Part shown: positions 55,452 through 64,000 of the stretch, piece after piece
How positions within the stretch are numbered: position 1 is the first letter of the stretch
Layout: each line of letters begins with the position of its first letter
NCBI GenBank assembly: GCA_963779755.1
Contig: CAVZZO010000001.1
Coordinates: forward strand, 1,728,001-1,792,000
DNA: 64,000 bases
From: an uncultured Gemmatimonadales bacterium
Lineage (GTDB): Bacteria; Gemmatimonadota; Gemmatimonadetes; Gemmatimonadales; GWC2-71-9
Reading direction: 5' to 3'
Notes under the pieces: model-generated
What the model saw: only the letters and a program-made list of their open reading frames with translations
What the model was told of the DNA's origin: nothing
The model's database searches: none
Made by a program: the position numbers and the translations under genes

Positions 55452-56404
55452 CCGGCGGCGCGATACCAGGCCAGGGTCTCGCGCAGGCCGCCCTCGAGGT
55501 CGTAAGCCGCCCGCCAGCCGGTGTCGCGGGTGAGCGACGCCGGATCGCAGGTCCAGGCTGTCTGGAAGAACTCGTTGGCCTTGTCGGCGGTGAGCAGGGT
55601 GCGGCGGCCGGCCAGCCGGGCGGCGGCGCCGGTGATGCCCAGAATACCGCGGCCCAGCGGCTCGGGCACCGGCAGCAGCAGGACGCGGCGCTCCATGACG
55701 CGGCCGATGGCCCGGGCCAGCTCCCCGCTGGTGGTCTGGTCCGGGTGCGCGGGGTAGTAGATCCTGCCGGGCGGGGCGCCGACCGCGGCGAGGAACGCCA
55801 GCACCAGGTCGGGCGCGTAGATGGCCGAGAGGCGCTGGTCTCCCCGGCCGAAGACCGGCACCAGCCCGGTGCGGGCCAGCTGAAAGATCTTGAGGACCTC
55901 GCGGTCGCGGGGACCGTAGACCGTGGGGGGGCGGAGAATGGTCCAGGGGAGGGGCCCGGTGCGCACCACTTCCTCGGCGGCGAGCTTGCTGCGGCCGTAG
56001 GCGCTGACGGGCGCCGGGGGCTCGTCGCCGGCGCGCGGTGCGCCAGCAGTGGCCGGCCCGGCGGCCGCCAGGGTGGAAACCAGCACGAAGCGCTCCACAC
56101 CCGCCCCGGCCGCGGCCTGGAGCAGGCGGGCGGTGCCCTCGCGGTTCACCCGATAGAACTCGGCCTCATCCAGCGCGGCCACCAGGGCGGCGGAGTGAAA
56201 GACCACGTCCTGCCCGGCGGCTGCCTCCCGCAACGCGCTTTCATTATCAAGGTCGCCCTGGATGGTGCGGACGTCGGGCGCGAAGAGGGCGGCGGCCCGC
56301 TCCGGCGAGCGGACCAGCGCGGTGACGCGGTCGCCGCGGCGGCGGAGGGCTTCGACCAGATGGCTCCCGACGAACCCGGTGCCGCCGGTCACCAGGACCT
56401 TCAT
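55442..56404 (-). CDS. Extended SDR NAD(P)-dependent reductase; candidate ceramide/3-ketosphinganine reductase
   Basis: VTGGTGFVG, YGRSK, RPPTVYGP; ATGA overlap with the upstream gene; true start 56404. Confidence 0.85.
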   Translation of the reverse strand: MKVLVTGGTGFVGSHLVEALRRRGDRVTALVRSPERAAALFAPDVRTIQGDLDNESALREAAAGQDVVFHSAALVAALDEAEFYRVNREGTARLLQAAAGAGVERFVLVSTLAAAGPATAGAPRAGDEPPAPVSAYGRSKLAAEEVVRTGPLPWTILRPPTVYGPRDREVLKIFQLARTGLVPVFGRGDQRLSAIYAPDLVLAFLAAVGAPPGRIYYPAHPDQTTSGELARAIGRVMERRVLLLPVPEPLGRGILGITGAAARLAGRRTLLTADKANEFFQTAWTCDPASLTRDTGWRAAYDLEGGLRETLAWYRAAGWL

Positions 56405-57537
56405 AGGGGCCGGTCGTAGAGGCGATAGGTCTTGTACACCGAGAAGCCCATCTTGACCAGGCCGGCGTTCATGGCCGGGTTGTCTTCCAGGATCCAGCCG
56501 GCCTCTCCCCAGCCGATGCCACGCTCGGTACCGCGGGACCAGATCCAATGATAGAGCATGGCGTCGATGCCCTTGCCCCGGTGCTCCGGCAGCACGCCCA
56601 GTAGCAGGATCCGCAGCCGGGTAAACCGCTTCATCTTGAGCCACCAGAGCAGCCGGAAGATGACCGGTAGCAGGCGGCCGTTGCGGTTGGTGCGGAACAC
56701 CTGGTTCAGGTCGGGCAGGGCAAGGGCAAAGCCGATCACCTGGCCGTCCTTCTCCGCCATGGGCACCAGGTCGGGCACCACCACCGGCCTGAACTGCCTG
56801 GCCAGGTGGTCGATCTCGTGTTCGGTCATGGGGACGAAGCCCCAGTTCTTCTCCCAGGCAGCGTTGTACAGCTCCTTCACCCGCTCCACCTCGGCGGTGA
56901 ACTGGCGCATGTCGAGCGCCCGCAGCGTGACGCCCTGCCGTTCGCCGATGAGCTGCACCGCGCGGGTGAGGCGCTCGGGTACCGGTGGCAGGTCGTGCTC
57001 GTCGCCGTTCTGGTAGACCAGCAGGTCCCGTGCTTTGGCGAACCCGGCCCGTTCCAGCAGGGCGGCATAATAGGGCGGGTTGTGCGGCATCATCAGGGTG
57101 GGCGGCGTGTCGAAGCCGTCCACCAGCAGGCCGCACTCGTCGTTCACCGAGAACGATGCGGGGCCGCGCAGGGTATCGTGCCCCCGTGCGCGGCACCAGG
57201 CGGCGGCCGCGTCGAGCAGCGCGTCCGCCGTGTCCTGGTCGTCGATGCATTCGAAGAAGCCGAAGAACCCTGCCCGGTCCTGGTGGGTTTCGTTGTGCAG
57301 CCGGTTACTGATGCCGGCGACGCGGCCCACCACCTTGCTGCCCCGGAGGGCGAGGTAGTACTCGGCCTCGCCATGCTCGAAGAAGGGATTCTTCCGGCGG
57401 GACAGCAGCGTACGGACGTCCTGACGCAACGGCGGGACCCAGAGCGGGTCCCGCGCGTGCAGCCGATACGGAAGATCGACGAAGCGGTCGAGGTCGCGGG
57501 CGCCGGTGACCGCCCGGACGAGGACCCCGGCCGTCAG
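56401..57537 (-). CDS. GNAT-fold acyltransferase of the bacterial ceramide synthase (bCerS/YghO-like) family
   Basis: DPLWVPPL, GFFGFFEC, GLLVDGFD..P.LMMPHNPPYY, WGFVPMTE, LPDLNQ, WILEDN, YKTYRLY. Start inferred at a CTG overlapping the spt stop. Confidence 0.8.
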   Translation of the reverse strand: MTAGVLVRAVTGARDLDRFVDLPYRLHARDPLWVPPLRQDVRTLLSRRKNPFFEHGEAEYYLALRGSKVVGRVAGISNRLHNETHQDRAGFFGFFECIDDQDTADALLDAAAAWCRARGHDTLRGPASFSVNDECGLLVDGFDTPPTLMMPHNPPYYAALLERAGFAKARDLLVYQNGDEHDLPPVPERLTRAVQLIGERQGVTLRALDMRQFTAEVERVKELYNAAWEKNWGFVPMTEHEIDHLARQFRPVVVPDLVPMAEKDGQVIGFALALPDLNQVFRTNRNGRLLPVIFRLLWWLKMKRFTRLRILLLGVLPEHRGKGIDAMLYHWIWSRGTERGIGWGEAGWILEDNPAMNAGLVKMGFSVYKTYRLYDRPL

Positions 57538-58739
57538 ATGACCCCCAGCTCCCGTCCGATCCTGGCAAAGGTGTCCAGACAGTAGTCGATCTGATCGAAC
57601 GTGTGGGTCGCCATCAGGCTGGTCCGCAGGCGGCAGGCCGAGGCCGGCACGGCCGGCGGGGCGACCGGGTTGGTGAAGACCCCGGCGTCGAACAGCTTGC
57701 GCCACATGATGAAGGTCTTCTCCAGCGGCCCGATCAGTACCGGGACGATGGGCGTCTGGGTGGGGCCGATCTCGAAGCCCAGGCTGCGGAAGCCCTCGTG
57801 CAGGCGGCGGGTGTTGGCCCACAACCGTTCACGCCGCTCGACTTCCACCTGCAGCGCCTCCAGCGCCGCCAGCACGCCGGCCGTGTTCGCCGGCGGCAGG
57901 GAAGCGGTGAAGATGAGGGGCCGGCTGTGGTGGCGCAGGTAGTGAATGACGCTCTCGGTGGCCGCTACGAACCCGCCGATGGAGGCGAGCGACTTGGAGA
58001 AGGTGCCGGCGATGATATCGACCTCGTCGGTCAGGCCGAAGTGCGCCGCGGTGCCGTCGCCGTTGGGGCCGAGGACCCCGATGGCATGCGCGTCGTCCAG
58101 TGCCAGGGCGACGCCGAAGCGCCGCGCCAGCCGGACCAGGCCCGGCACGTCGGCGATGTCGCCTTCCATGCTGTAGACGCCGTCCACCACCACCATGGCG
58201 CCGCGGCCGGAGCGTTCCCGTTCCAGCTTGCGCTGCAGGCTGTTCAGGTCGCCGTGGTTGAAGCGTTCGGTCTCGCCGTAGGAGAGCTTGGCGCCGTCCA
58301 CGATGGAGGCGTGGTCGAGCTTGTCGAGATAGACGACGTCGCCCCGGCCCACCAGGCCGCTGATCAGGCCCAGGTTGGCGGAATACCCGGTGGAGAACAC
58401 CAGGCAGTCTTCCTTGCCCAGAAACTCGGCCAGGGAACGCTCCAATTGGCCGTGCAGGTCGATCGTCCCGTTCAGGAAACGGCTGCCGGTGCAGCCGGAG
58501 CCGTAGCGCAGCAGGGCCCGCTGGGCCGCTTCCAGCACCTTGGGGTGATGGGTGAGCCCCAGATAATTGTTGGAGCCCAGCATGATGCGCTTCTGCCCTT
58601 CAATGACGACGACCGTGTCCTCGGACTCGGAAATCGGCTTGAAGTAGGGATAGAGCCCCGCCGCCTGCACTTCGCGCGCTTTGGTGAACTGCTTGCACTT
58701 GTCGAACAGCGCGACCTGTTGGAGCGTTTGGGTGTCCAC
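57534..58739 (-). CDS. spt: Alpha-oxoamine synthase, probable serine palmitoyltransferase
   Basis: GLYPYF, GSNNYLGL, GCTGSRFLNGT, DHASIVDG, DGVYSMEGD, DDAH, GTFSKS (PLP Lys); operon context favours SPT over BioF/Kbl. Confidence 0.8.
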   Translation of the reverse strand: MDTQTLQQVALFDKCKQFTKAREVQAAGLYPYFKPISESEDTVVVIEGQKRIMLGSNNYLGLTHHPKVLEAAQRALLRYGSGCTGSRFLNGTIDLHGQLERSLAEFLGKEDCLVFSTGYSANLGLISGLVGRGDVVYLDKLDHASIVDGAKLSYGETERFNHGDLNSLQRKLERERSGRGAMVVVDGVYSMEGDIADVPGLVRLARRFGVALALDDAHAIGVLGPNGDGTAAHFGLTDEVDIIAGTFSKSLASIGGFVAATESVIHYLRHHSRPLIFTASLPPANTAGVLAALEALQVEVERRERLWANTRRLHEGFRSLGFEIGPTQTPIVPVLIGPLEKTFIMWRKLFDAGVFTNPVAPPAVPASACRLRTSLMATHTFDQIDYCLDTFARIGRELGVI

Positions 58740-58991
58740 AGTACCTCGATGTTAACGGGGACCCGACGGCAGGTGCTCGCCAGTCCGGTGGCTGAAATGG
58801 CTGCATGATTTTAGCGCCTGGCCCCTGACGGCACAAGGGTTTACGCCGTTTCCGGCCGGCTGTTCGGGGCCCGGATTCCATGGCACCTCACCAGAGTATT
58901 CTGGCCTTTCGCGAACTCCATCCGGGGCCGGTGTCCATGCGGCAGCGTCCGGGACGTCTAAGTCCATGTCACAAAAGTCACGAGGCCGTCG

Positions 58992-59017
58992 GGAACTTCC
59001 GGGCACGGTAGTACGTT
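58992..59017 (+). promoter_or_regulatory. ECF-sigma-like promoter GGAAC-N17-CGTT upstream of the M6 protease
   Basis: ggaacttccgggcacggtagtacgtt, about 48 bp before ATG 59065. Confidence 0.4.
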
Positions 59018-59064
59018 TCTTGCTTGGCAGCCGGCTTTATATCCTTTTTCGGCAGGGTTCAGGA

Positions 59065-61344
59065 ATGGGTCGTCACGCGAGGTGGGCCCCCGCGCTCGTC
59101 ATCGGGCTGGTGCTGTTTTCGGCGGGGCCGGCCTTGGCCCAGCATCGGGCGGAGCCCGGGCGCTTCGAGGTGCCCTGGCTGGATTTCCGGCCCGACGGTG
59201 CCTGGCGGAAGCACGCCAACGCAGTCCGGGACAATCGCCGGCTGCTGTTGAGCGCCGGGGCCATCGGGGCGGTGAACGGCGCCGCCGCGGTAACCGGCGA
59301 CTACAAGATCCCGGTGGTGCTGTTCAACTTCAGCAACCGGATCAACGCGTTTACCCCCACCGATTACAGCAACCTGTTCTTCAGCCCGACGCCCACGCCG
59401 CCCGCCGGCCAGTACCGGCCCTACACCCTGAAGACCTTCTACGAGCAGCTCTCCAACGGCAACATCACGGTGGACGGGTCGGTCTTCGGACCGGTGCCGG
59501 CCGATTCGGTGGATACCTTTTATGAGGACGGGTGCGACGGCATCGGGGTGACGCCGCAGGGCGCACCCACGACATGCGGCACTCCGCTGCAGGGGAGCGG
59601 GGTCTCGGCCAACTTCCGCGATCTGCTGGTCGAAGTGATCGGCAAGGTGGACAACGGCTCGATCGACTGGAGCCAGTTCGATCACGACGGCGACGGCTTG
59701 GTGGATTTCATCACCTTCATTCAGCCCGAGGTCGACGGCGCCTGCCAGACGACCAACCTCTGGGCGCACCGGTTCAGCCTGCAGGGACTCGGCGACTCGC
59801 CCATCCCCACCCAGACCCCCTGGCCGGGGCACAGCGGCCAGTTCATCAAGATCAACGACTACATCATCCAGAGCGGCCAGGGCGGCGACGGCTCCTGCAC
59901 CGCGGGGGAGATCATGCCGGTAGGCACCGTCGCGCACGAGACCGGCCACGCCTTCGGCCTGCCGGACTTGTATGATACGGAGCCCGCCAGCGGGACCGAG
60001 GGGATCGGGGAGTGGGGGCTCATGGGGAGCGGCAACTACGCCCGTCCCTATAGTCCCAGCCGCATGGAGGCCTGGTCGCTGGCCCAGCTGGGCTGGGTAA
60101 CCGTGGACACGCTCTCGGCCAGCGGGCAGGTGACCATCAACCCGGTCTCCAGTTCCGACACGGTCTGGTATGTTCCCACCGCACGCGCCGGCGATTATTT
60201 CCTGCTGGAGAACCGCGATTCGCTGGCGTCGGACACCGCGCAGATGAACTCGGCTTTCTCCACCCGCAAGAAGTCGCCCGGGCTGCTCATCTGGCATATC
60301 GACGATGCCCGGGTTGCCCAGGGCACTGTTTTGGGGCAGAACTCCGTCAACACCGGCGCGATCCAGGGCGTTGCCCTGGAACAGGCCGACGGCCTCAACC
60401 AGTTGCGCACCGCCAACCTGGGCAACCGGGGCGACATCGGCGACAGTTATCCCGGCAGCACGGGGAACTCCAGTTTCACTTTCTCGTCCAATCCGCAGGC
60501 GGCGGATAACACCGGCGCCTATGCCGGGTTCATCATCGACAGCATCACCCGGCACGCCTCGGGCGTGCCCGGGGTCGCAAGCCCCATGACGCTCTACTAC
60601 CTGCTGCGCGGCCTGTCGCTCATCGCGCCGGACGCCAACCACGCCAGCGCGCAGGTCAAGGTCAACGGCGTGTCGACCGCCCGGTATGCCAACGCCATCG
60701 CGCCGGGCGAAACGGTGAATCTCTCGGTCACCAGCCCGCAGACGGCCAATGCCGGCCGTTCGGAGTTCACCTTCCTTTCCTGGAGCGACGGCGGGGCCAG
60801 CAGCCACAGTTTCGTTTCCAGCGTGGCCGGTCCCGACACCGTGATCGCCACCTTCACGGCCCGTCACAAGGTGACGCTGACCTCCACACCGGTGGGCGGG
60901 ACGGTGACGTCCGATCTGGCGGTGCCGCTCGACACCCTGGTCGCCGGGACGTTCGTGCAGGAGAATACGCCGGTGACGCTGTCCGCCGCGGCCGATGCCA
61001 ATTTCCTGTTCACCGGCTGGACCGGCGACACCAGCACCGGCAACGCCACCGTGGTGCTCCCCATGGGGCGCCCCTACGCCGTGACGGCGCAGTTCACCGC
61101 CACGGTGGTAGTGGCCTCGGACGATGCCGCCAACGATCTGCTCACCAACCGCGGCTGCGGCTGTCTCACCACCACCCAGCGGAGCTTTCTGGACCAGGCG
61201 GGCAACCACAACGGCGTCTACGACCTGGGCGACTTCCTGGCCTACGCCAACCGGTCCGGTCTCAATCCTTCGTCGCCCGCCATGCAGCGGGTGCTTTCCC
61301 GCCTGGGCGCCGGCACGCCGGCCGCGGCGCGAAAGGAGCGCTGA
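59065..61344 (+). CDS. Secreted M6 (immune inhibitor A-like) metalloprotease with beta-repeat domains and a dockerin-like C-terminus
   Basis: Signal peptide; FDHDGDGLVD, LWAHR, AHETGHAFGLPDLYD, GEWGLMGSG, YFLLENR, GLLIWHID, LEQADG; FTGWTGD repeat; terminal EF-hand-like GNHNGVYDLGDF. Confidence 0.9.
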   Translation: MGRHARWAPALVIGLVLFSAGPALAQHRAEPGRFEVPWLDFRPDGAWRKHANAVRDNRRLLLSAGAIGAVNGAAAVTGDYKIPVVLFNFSNRINAFTPTDYSNLFFSPTPTPPAGQYRPYTLKTFYEQLSNGNITVDGSVFGPVPADSVDTFYEDGCDGIGVTPQGAPTTCGTPLQGSGVSANFRDLLVEVIGKVDNGSIDWSQFDHDGDGLVDFITFIQPEVDGACQTTNLWAHRFSLQGLGDSPIPTQTPWPGHSGQFIKINDYIIQSGQGGDGSCTAGEIMPVGTVAHETGHAFGLPDLYDTEPASGTEGIGEWGLMGSGNYARPYSPSRMEAWSLAQLGWVTVDTLSASGQVTINPVSSSDTVWYVPTARAGDYFLLENRDSLASDTAQMNSAFSTRKKSPGLLIWHIDDARVAQGTVLGQNSVNTGAIQGVALEQADGLNQLRTANLGNRGDIGDSYPGSTGNSSFTFSSNPQAADNTGAYAGFIIDSITRHASGVPGVASPMTLYYLLRGLSLIAPDANHASAQVKVNGVSTARYANAIAPGETVNLSVTSPQTANAGRSEFTFLSWSDGGASSHSFVSSVAGPDTVIATFTARHKVTLTSTPVGGTVTSDLAVPLDTLVAGTFVQENTPVTLSAAADANFLFTGWTGDTSTGNATVVLPMGRPYAVTAQFTATVVVASDDAANDLLTNRGCGCLTTTQRSFLDQAGNHNGVYDLGDFLAYANRSGLNPSSPAMQRVLSRLGAGTPAAARKER

Positions 61345-61347
61345 ATC

Positions 61348-61737
61348 ATGAAATCGCTTCGCGCCGTGGCCCTGGCCGGGCTGGCCGTGGCGCTGGCCGG
61401 CTGCGGCAAATCCGATGGCACCGGACCCGTCGCCGGACTGCTCACCGTTACGCTGAGCACCAGCAGCGCCAACACCGGGGCCCTGATGTTTACCGTGAGC
61501 GGCGGCCCGATCGATGCCGTCAACGCGACGGGATACCGGACGTACCAGACCGCCGTCAATTCGACCTCGCGCCGCATCATCCTTACCGGTGACATTGGCG
61601 CCGGTACGGTGGTCCAGCTCCAGGTGCCGGATATCAACCAGGCCGCCAGCTATACCGCCCAGGTGGAGCAGGCCGCCGACCGGACCACCTATCTGCCGCT
61701 TGCCGGGGGGTACTCGCTCAGCGTCCAGAGGCAATAA
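61348..61737 (+). CDS. Small beta-rich lipoprotein, possibly cohesin-like
   Basis: AAGGAG RBS, 3 bp after the protease stop; lipobox LAGC; about 105-aa alternating beta-strand domain. Confidence 0.75.
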   Translation: MKSLRAVALAGLAVALAGCGKSDGTGPVAGLLTVTLSTSSANTGALMFTVSGGPIDAVNATGYRTYQTAVNSTSRRIILTGDIGAGTVVQLQVPDINQAASYTAQVEQAADRTTYLPLAGGYSLSVQRQ

Positions 61738-61833
61738 TCCCCTGCCGGTGCGCCGCCGCCGCCCGTCGCTGCACGGCCGGTGGCGGCGCATCCCGCATTC
61801 CCCTCTCCGCGTTCCATCCCCTATCTTGTAGTC

Positions 61834-62316
61834 ATGTTCACCGACAACCCGCGGCAAACGGTTCCCGCCGGGACGGTCCGGTTGCGGGCCGCCGCCGCCG
61901 GCGACCTGGCCGGGGTAATGCAAGTGGTGAAGAGCGCCGGGCTCATTACCGGCGGCCTGGAGGATCAGTTCCCCGGTGCCTATGTCGTGGCGGTGGCCGA
62001 CGCCGACACGGTTGGTGCTGCCGGCCTGGAAGTCTACGGGCGGAGCGGCTTCCTCCGGTCCGTTGCCGTCCGCAACGACTGGCGCGGGGCCGGTCTGGGC
62101 CGTCGGCTGGTGGCCGACCGGCTGGCTGCCGCCCGTGCGCTGCACCTGGACGCCGTCTACCTGCTCACCGACACGGCCGCCGGGTTCTTCCGCCGTGAAG
62201 GGTTCCTGCCCCTGTCCCGCGAGGCCGTCCCCGCCGAAGTTCGCGCGGCACCGGAATTTGCCTCGCTGTGTCCGGCCAGCTCTCACGTTCTGGGGTTCTC
62301 CCTGGGTGCGCCATGA
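61834..62316 (+). CDS. GNAT N-acetyltransferase, ArsN2/ArgA-like
   Basis: GFLRSVAV...[31 protein letters not shown]. Confidence 0.8.
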   Translation: MFTDNPRQTVPAGTVRLRAAAAGDLAGVMQVVKSAGLITGGLEDQFPGAYVVAVADADTVGAAGLEVYGRSGFLRSVAVRNDWRGAGLGRRLVADRLAAARALHLDAVYLLTDTAAGFFRREGFLPLSREAVPAEVRAAPEFASLCPASSHVLGFSLGAP

Positions 62317-62771
62317 CCGAACTGCTCGTGAACGGCAAACACCTCCGCACCAGCGCTCCTCCCGACACCCCGCTACTCTGGGTGCTGCGCGATGAGCTGG
62401 GGCTTACCGGCACCAAGTTCGGCTGCGGCGCCGGTTTCTGCGGCGCCTGCACCGTGCATCTCGACGGGACGGCGGTGCGCAGCTGCCAGCTGCCGTTGAG
62501 CCAGGTGGCGGGGCGCCGGATCACCACGATCGAAGGCCTCTCGCTGGAGGGCAATCATCCGGTGCAGCGCGCCTGGTTGGAGATGCAGGTGCCGCAGTGC
62601 GGCTATTGCCAGTCGGGCCAGATCATGACGGCAGCGGCCCTGCTCGCTTCCAATCCCCATCCCAGCGAGGCCGAGATCGGCACGGCCATGGCGGGGAACC
62701 TCTGTCGCTGCGGCACCTACCAGCGGATCCGGCAGGCGCTGCAACGCGCGTCAAAGGGAGGTGCGGCATGA
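62313..62771 (+). CDS. (2Fe-2S) small subunit of an isoquinoline-1-oxidoreductase/aldehyde oxidoreductase-type enzyme (IorA-like)
   Basis: [42 protein letters not shown]. Confidence 0.93.
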   Translation: MTELLVNGKHLRTSAPPDTPLLWVLRDELGLTGTKFGCGAGFCGACTVHLDGTAVRSCQLPLSQVAGRRITTIEGLSLEGNHPVQRAWLEMQVPQCGYCQSGQIMTAAALLASNPHPSEAEIGTAMAGNLCRCGTYQRIRQALQRASKGGAA

Positions 62772-64000
62772 CCGGCCTCTCTCGCCGCGACTTTGTGCAG
62801 GCCGGCACCGCGGCGGCCGGCGGGCTGCTCCTCGCCTTCTATCTGCCGGGGTGCCGTCGTCCTCCCGGCGCGGCGGCCGCGACGCCCTTCGAGCCCAATG
62901 CCTGGCTGCGGATCGCGCCGGACGAGACGGTTACGGTAATCGTTGCCCATTCGGAGATGGGCCAGGGGGTGCTGACCTCGCTGCCCATGCTGGTGGCCGA
63001 GGAGCTGGACGCGGACTGGGCCGCCATCCGGGTGGAGCAGGCGCCCGCCACCGCGGCCTACGCCGGCGGCTCGGGCATGCAGATGACCGGCGGGAGCAGC
63101 AGCGTCCGGACCTCGTGGGAGCCGCTGCGCCGGGCGGGCGCCACGGCGCGCCGGATGCTGATCGTCGCCGCGGCGCAGGAATGGGAGGTGGAGCCCGATT
63201 CCCTCCTCACCCAGCCCGGCATGGTGGTGCACCCGGCGAAGAGGCTGCGCGCCACCTACGGGTCGCTGGTGGGCCGCGCCGCCTCGGTGCCGGTGCCGCA
63301 GGAGGTGCCGCTCAAGGATCCGAAAGACTTCCGCATCATCGGCCGGGCCGAGCCCCGGGTGGACGGCCTGGACAAGGTGACCGGCCGAGCCATCTTCGGC
63401 CTCGATGTCCGCCGGCCCGGCCTGCTCACCGCCTGCATCGCCCGCTGCCCCGTCTTCGGTGGCCGCAGCAGGAGCTACGACGCCACCGCGGCCCGGGCGG
63501 TGCCGGGCGTGCGCCAGGTGGTGCAGGTCTCCAGCGGTATCGCCGTCATCGCGCGGGGGTATTGGGCCGCCCGCAAGGGTGTCGAGGCGCTGCAGGTTAC
63601 CTGGGACGAGGGGCCGCTGGCGACGCTGGACAGCGAGGCCGTCACCGCGCGCTTCCAGGCGCTGGCCCGGCGGGGGGGCACGATTGCCCATCGCGCCGGG
63701 AACCCCCGCCTGGCGCTGCGCCGTGCGGCGAAACGGCTCAGCGCCGACTACGAACTGCCGTACCTCGCGCATGCCACCATGGAGCCCATGAACTGCACCG
63801 CCGACGTCCGCGCCGACGGCGCCGATCTCTGGGTGCCCACCCAATTCCAGCAGGGCCCGGGCAGCGGCACGCTGGGCGTCGCGGCGAAGCTCACCGGGCT
63901 CCCCGCCTCCAGCATCACCGTGCACACCACGCTGCTGGGCGGCGGGTTCGGCCGCCGGGCAGAGACCGACTTCGTGACCGAAGCGGTGGAGTGCTCCAAG
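62768..64000 (+). CDS. Xanthine-oxidase-family molybdopterin large subunit (IorB-like), Tat-exported, 3'-truncated by window
   Basis: My translation from ATG 62768 gives [11 protein letters not shown] (Tat), [45 protein letters not shown]. No stop before the window end, so it is absent from the ORF track. Confidence 0.92.
   Translation, partial: MTGLSRRDFVQAGTAAAGGLLLAFYLPGCRRPPGAAAATPFEPNAWLRIAPDETVTVIVAHSEMGQGVLTSLPMLVAEELDADWAAIRVEQAPATAAYAGGSGMQMTGGSSSVRTSWEPLRRAGATARRMLIVAAAQEWEVEPDSLLTQPGMVVHPAKRLRATYGSLVGRAASVPVPQEVPLKDPKDFRIIGRAEPRVDGLDKVTGRAIFGLDVRRPGLLTACIARCPVFGGRSRSYDATAARAVPGVRQVVQVSSGIAVIARGYWAARKGVEALQVTWDEGPLATLDSEAVTARFQALARRGGTIAHRAGNPRLALRRAAKRLSADYELPYLAHATMEPMNCTADVRADGADLWVPTQFQQGPGSGTLGVAAKLTGLPASSITVHTTLLGGGFGRRAETDFVTEAVECSK

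Noticed and set aside
57534..58739. Annotation as bioF or kbl
   Set aside because: No bio or tdh genes are adjacent, and the GTFSKS motif plus GNAT/SDR neighbours favour Spt. Not formally excluded without a phylogeny.

Overview
High-GC bacterial chromosomal window, dense with genes. The gene content suggests a Gemmatimonadota-like organism (BTAD-TM-TPR regulator, zinc-ribbon Ser/Thr kinase, many secreted peptidases and lipoproteins), but this is inference only. About 48 CDSs are supportable. They include secreted peptidases (M1, M28, M6), a site-2 protease, speA, a CheB-CheR-PAS-HisKA_3 fusion, a 9-PAS/3-GAF histidine kinase, gltA, queF, glnA, dinB, pilT, a TrmJ-like methylase, a Mo/W ABC transporter lacking its binding protein, a complete alternative complex III operon (actABCDEF), an ECF sigma/ZAS anti-sigma pair, a blue-copper lipoprotein, and a partial IorAB-type molybdoenzyme. 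I saw no rRNA, tRNA, CRISPR array, transposase or integrase. The strongest second-look items are: (1) a four-gene putative sphingolipid operon (spt, bCerS-type GNAT, SDR reductase, AUR1/PAP2-type head-group enzyme); (2) an M6 protease with a dockerin-like tail followed by a cohesin-like lipoprotein, possibly a non-cellulosomal surface-anchoring pair; (3) matching Rex-like 18-bp operators upstream of ACIII and of the blue-copper lipoprotein; (4) probable non-canonical starts (ATC for speA, CTG for the ceramide-synthase-like gene); (5) an accessory island with a membrane-spanning BTAD/STAND regulator, a small protein, a lipoprotein and its poly-C-frameshifted partial duplicate; (6) mirrored short-tandem-repeat hairpins at convergent gene junctions. 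All family calls come from motif recognition by eye; no database search was run.
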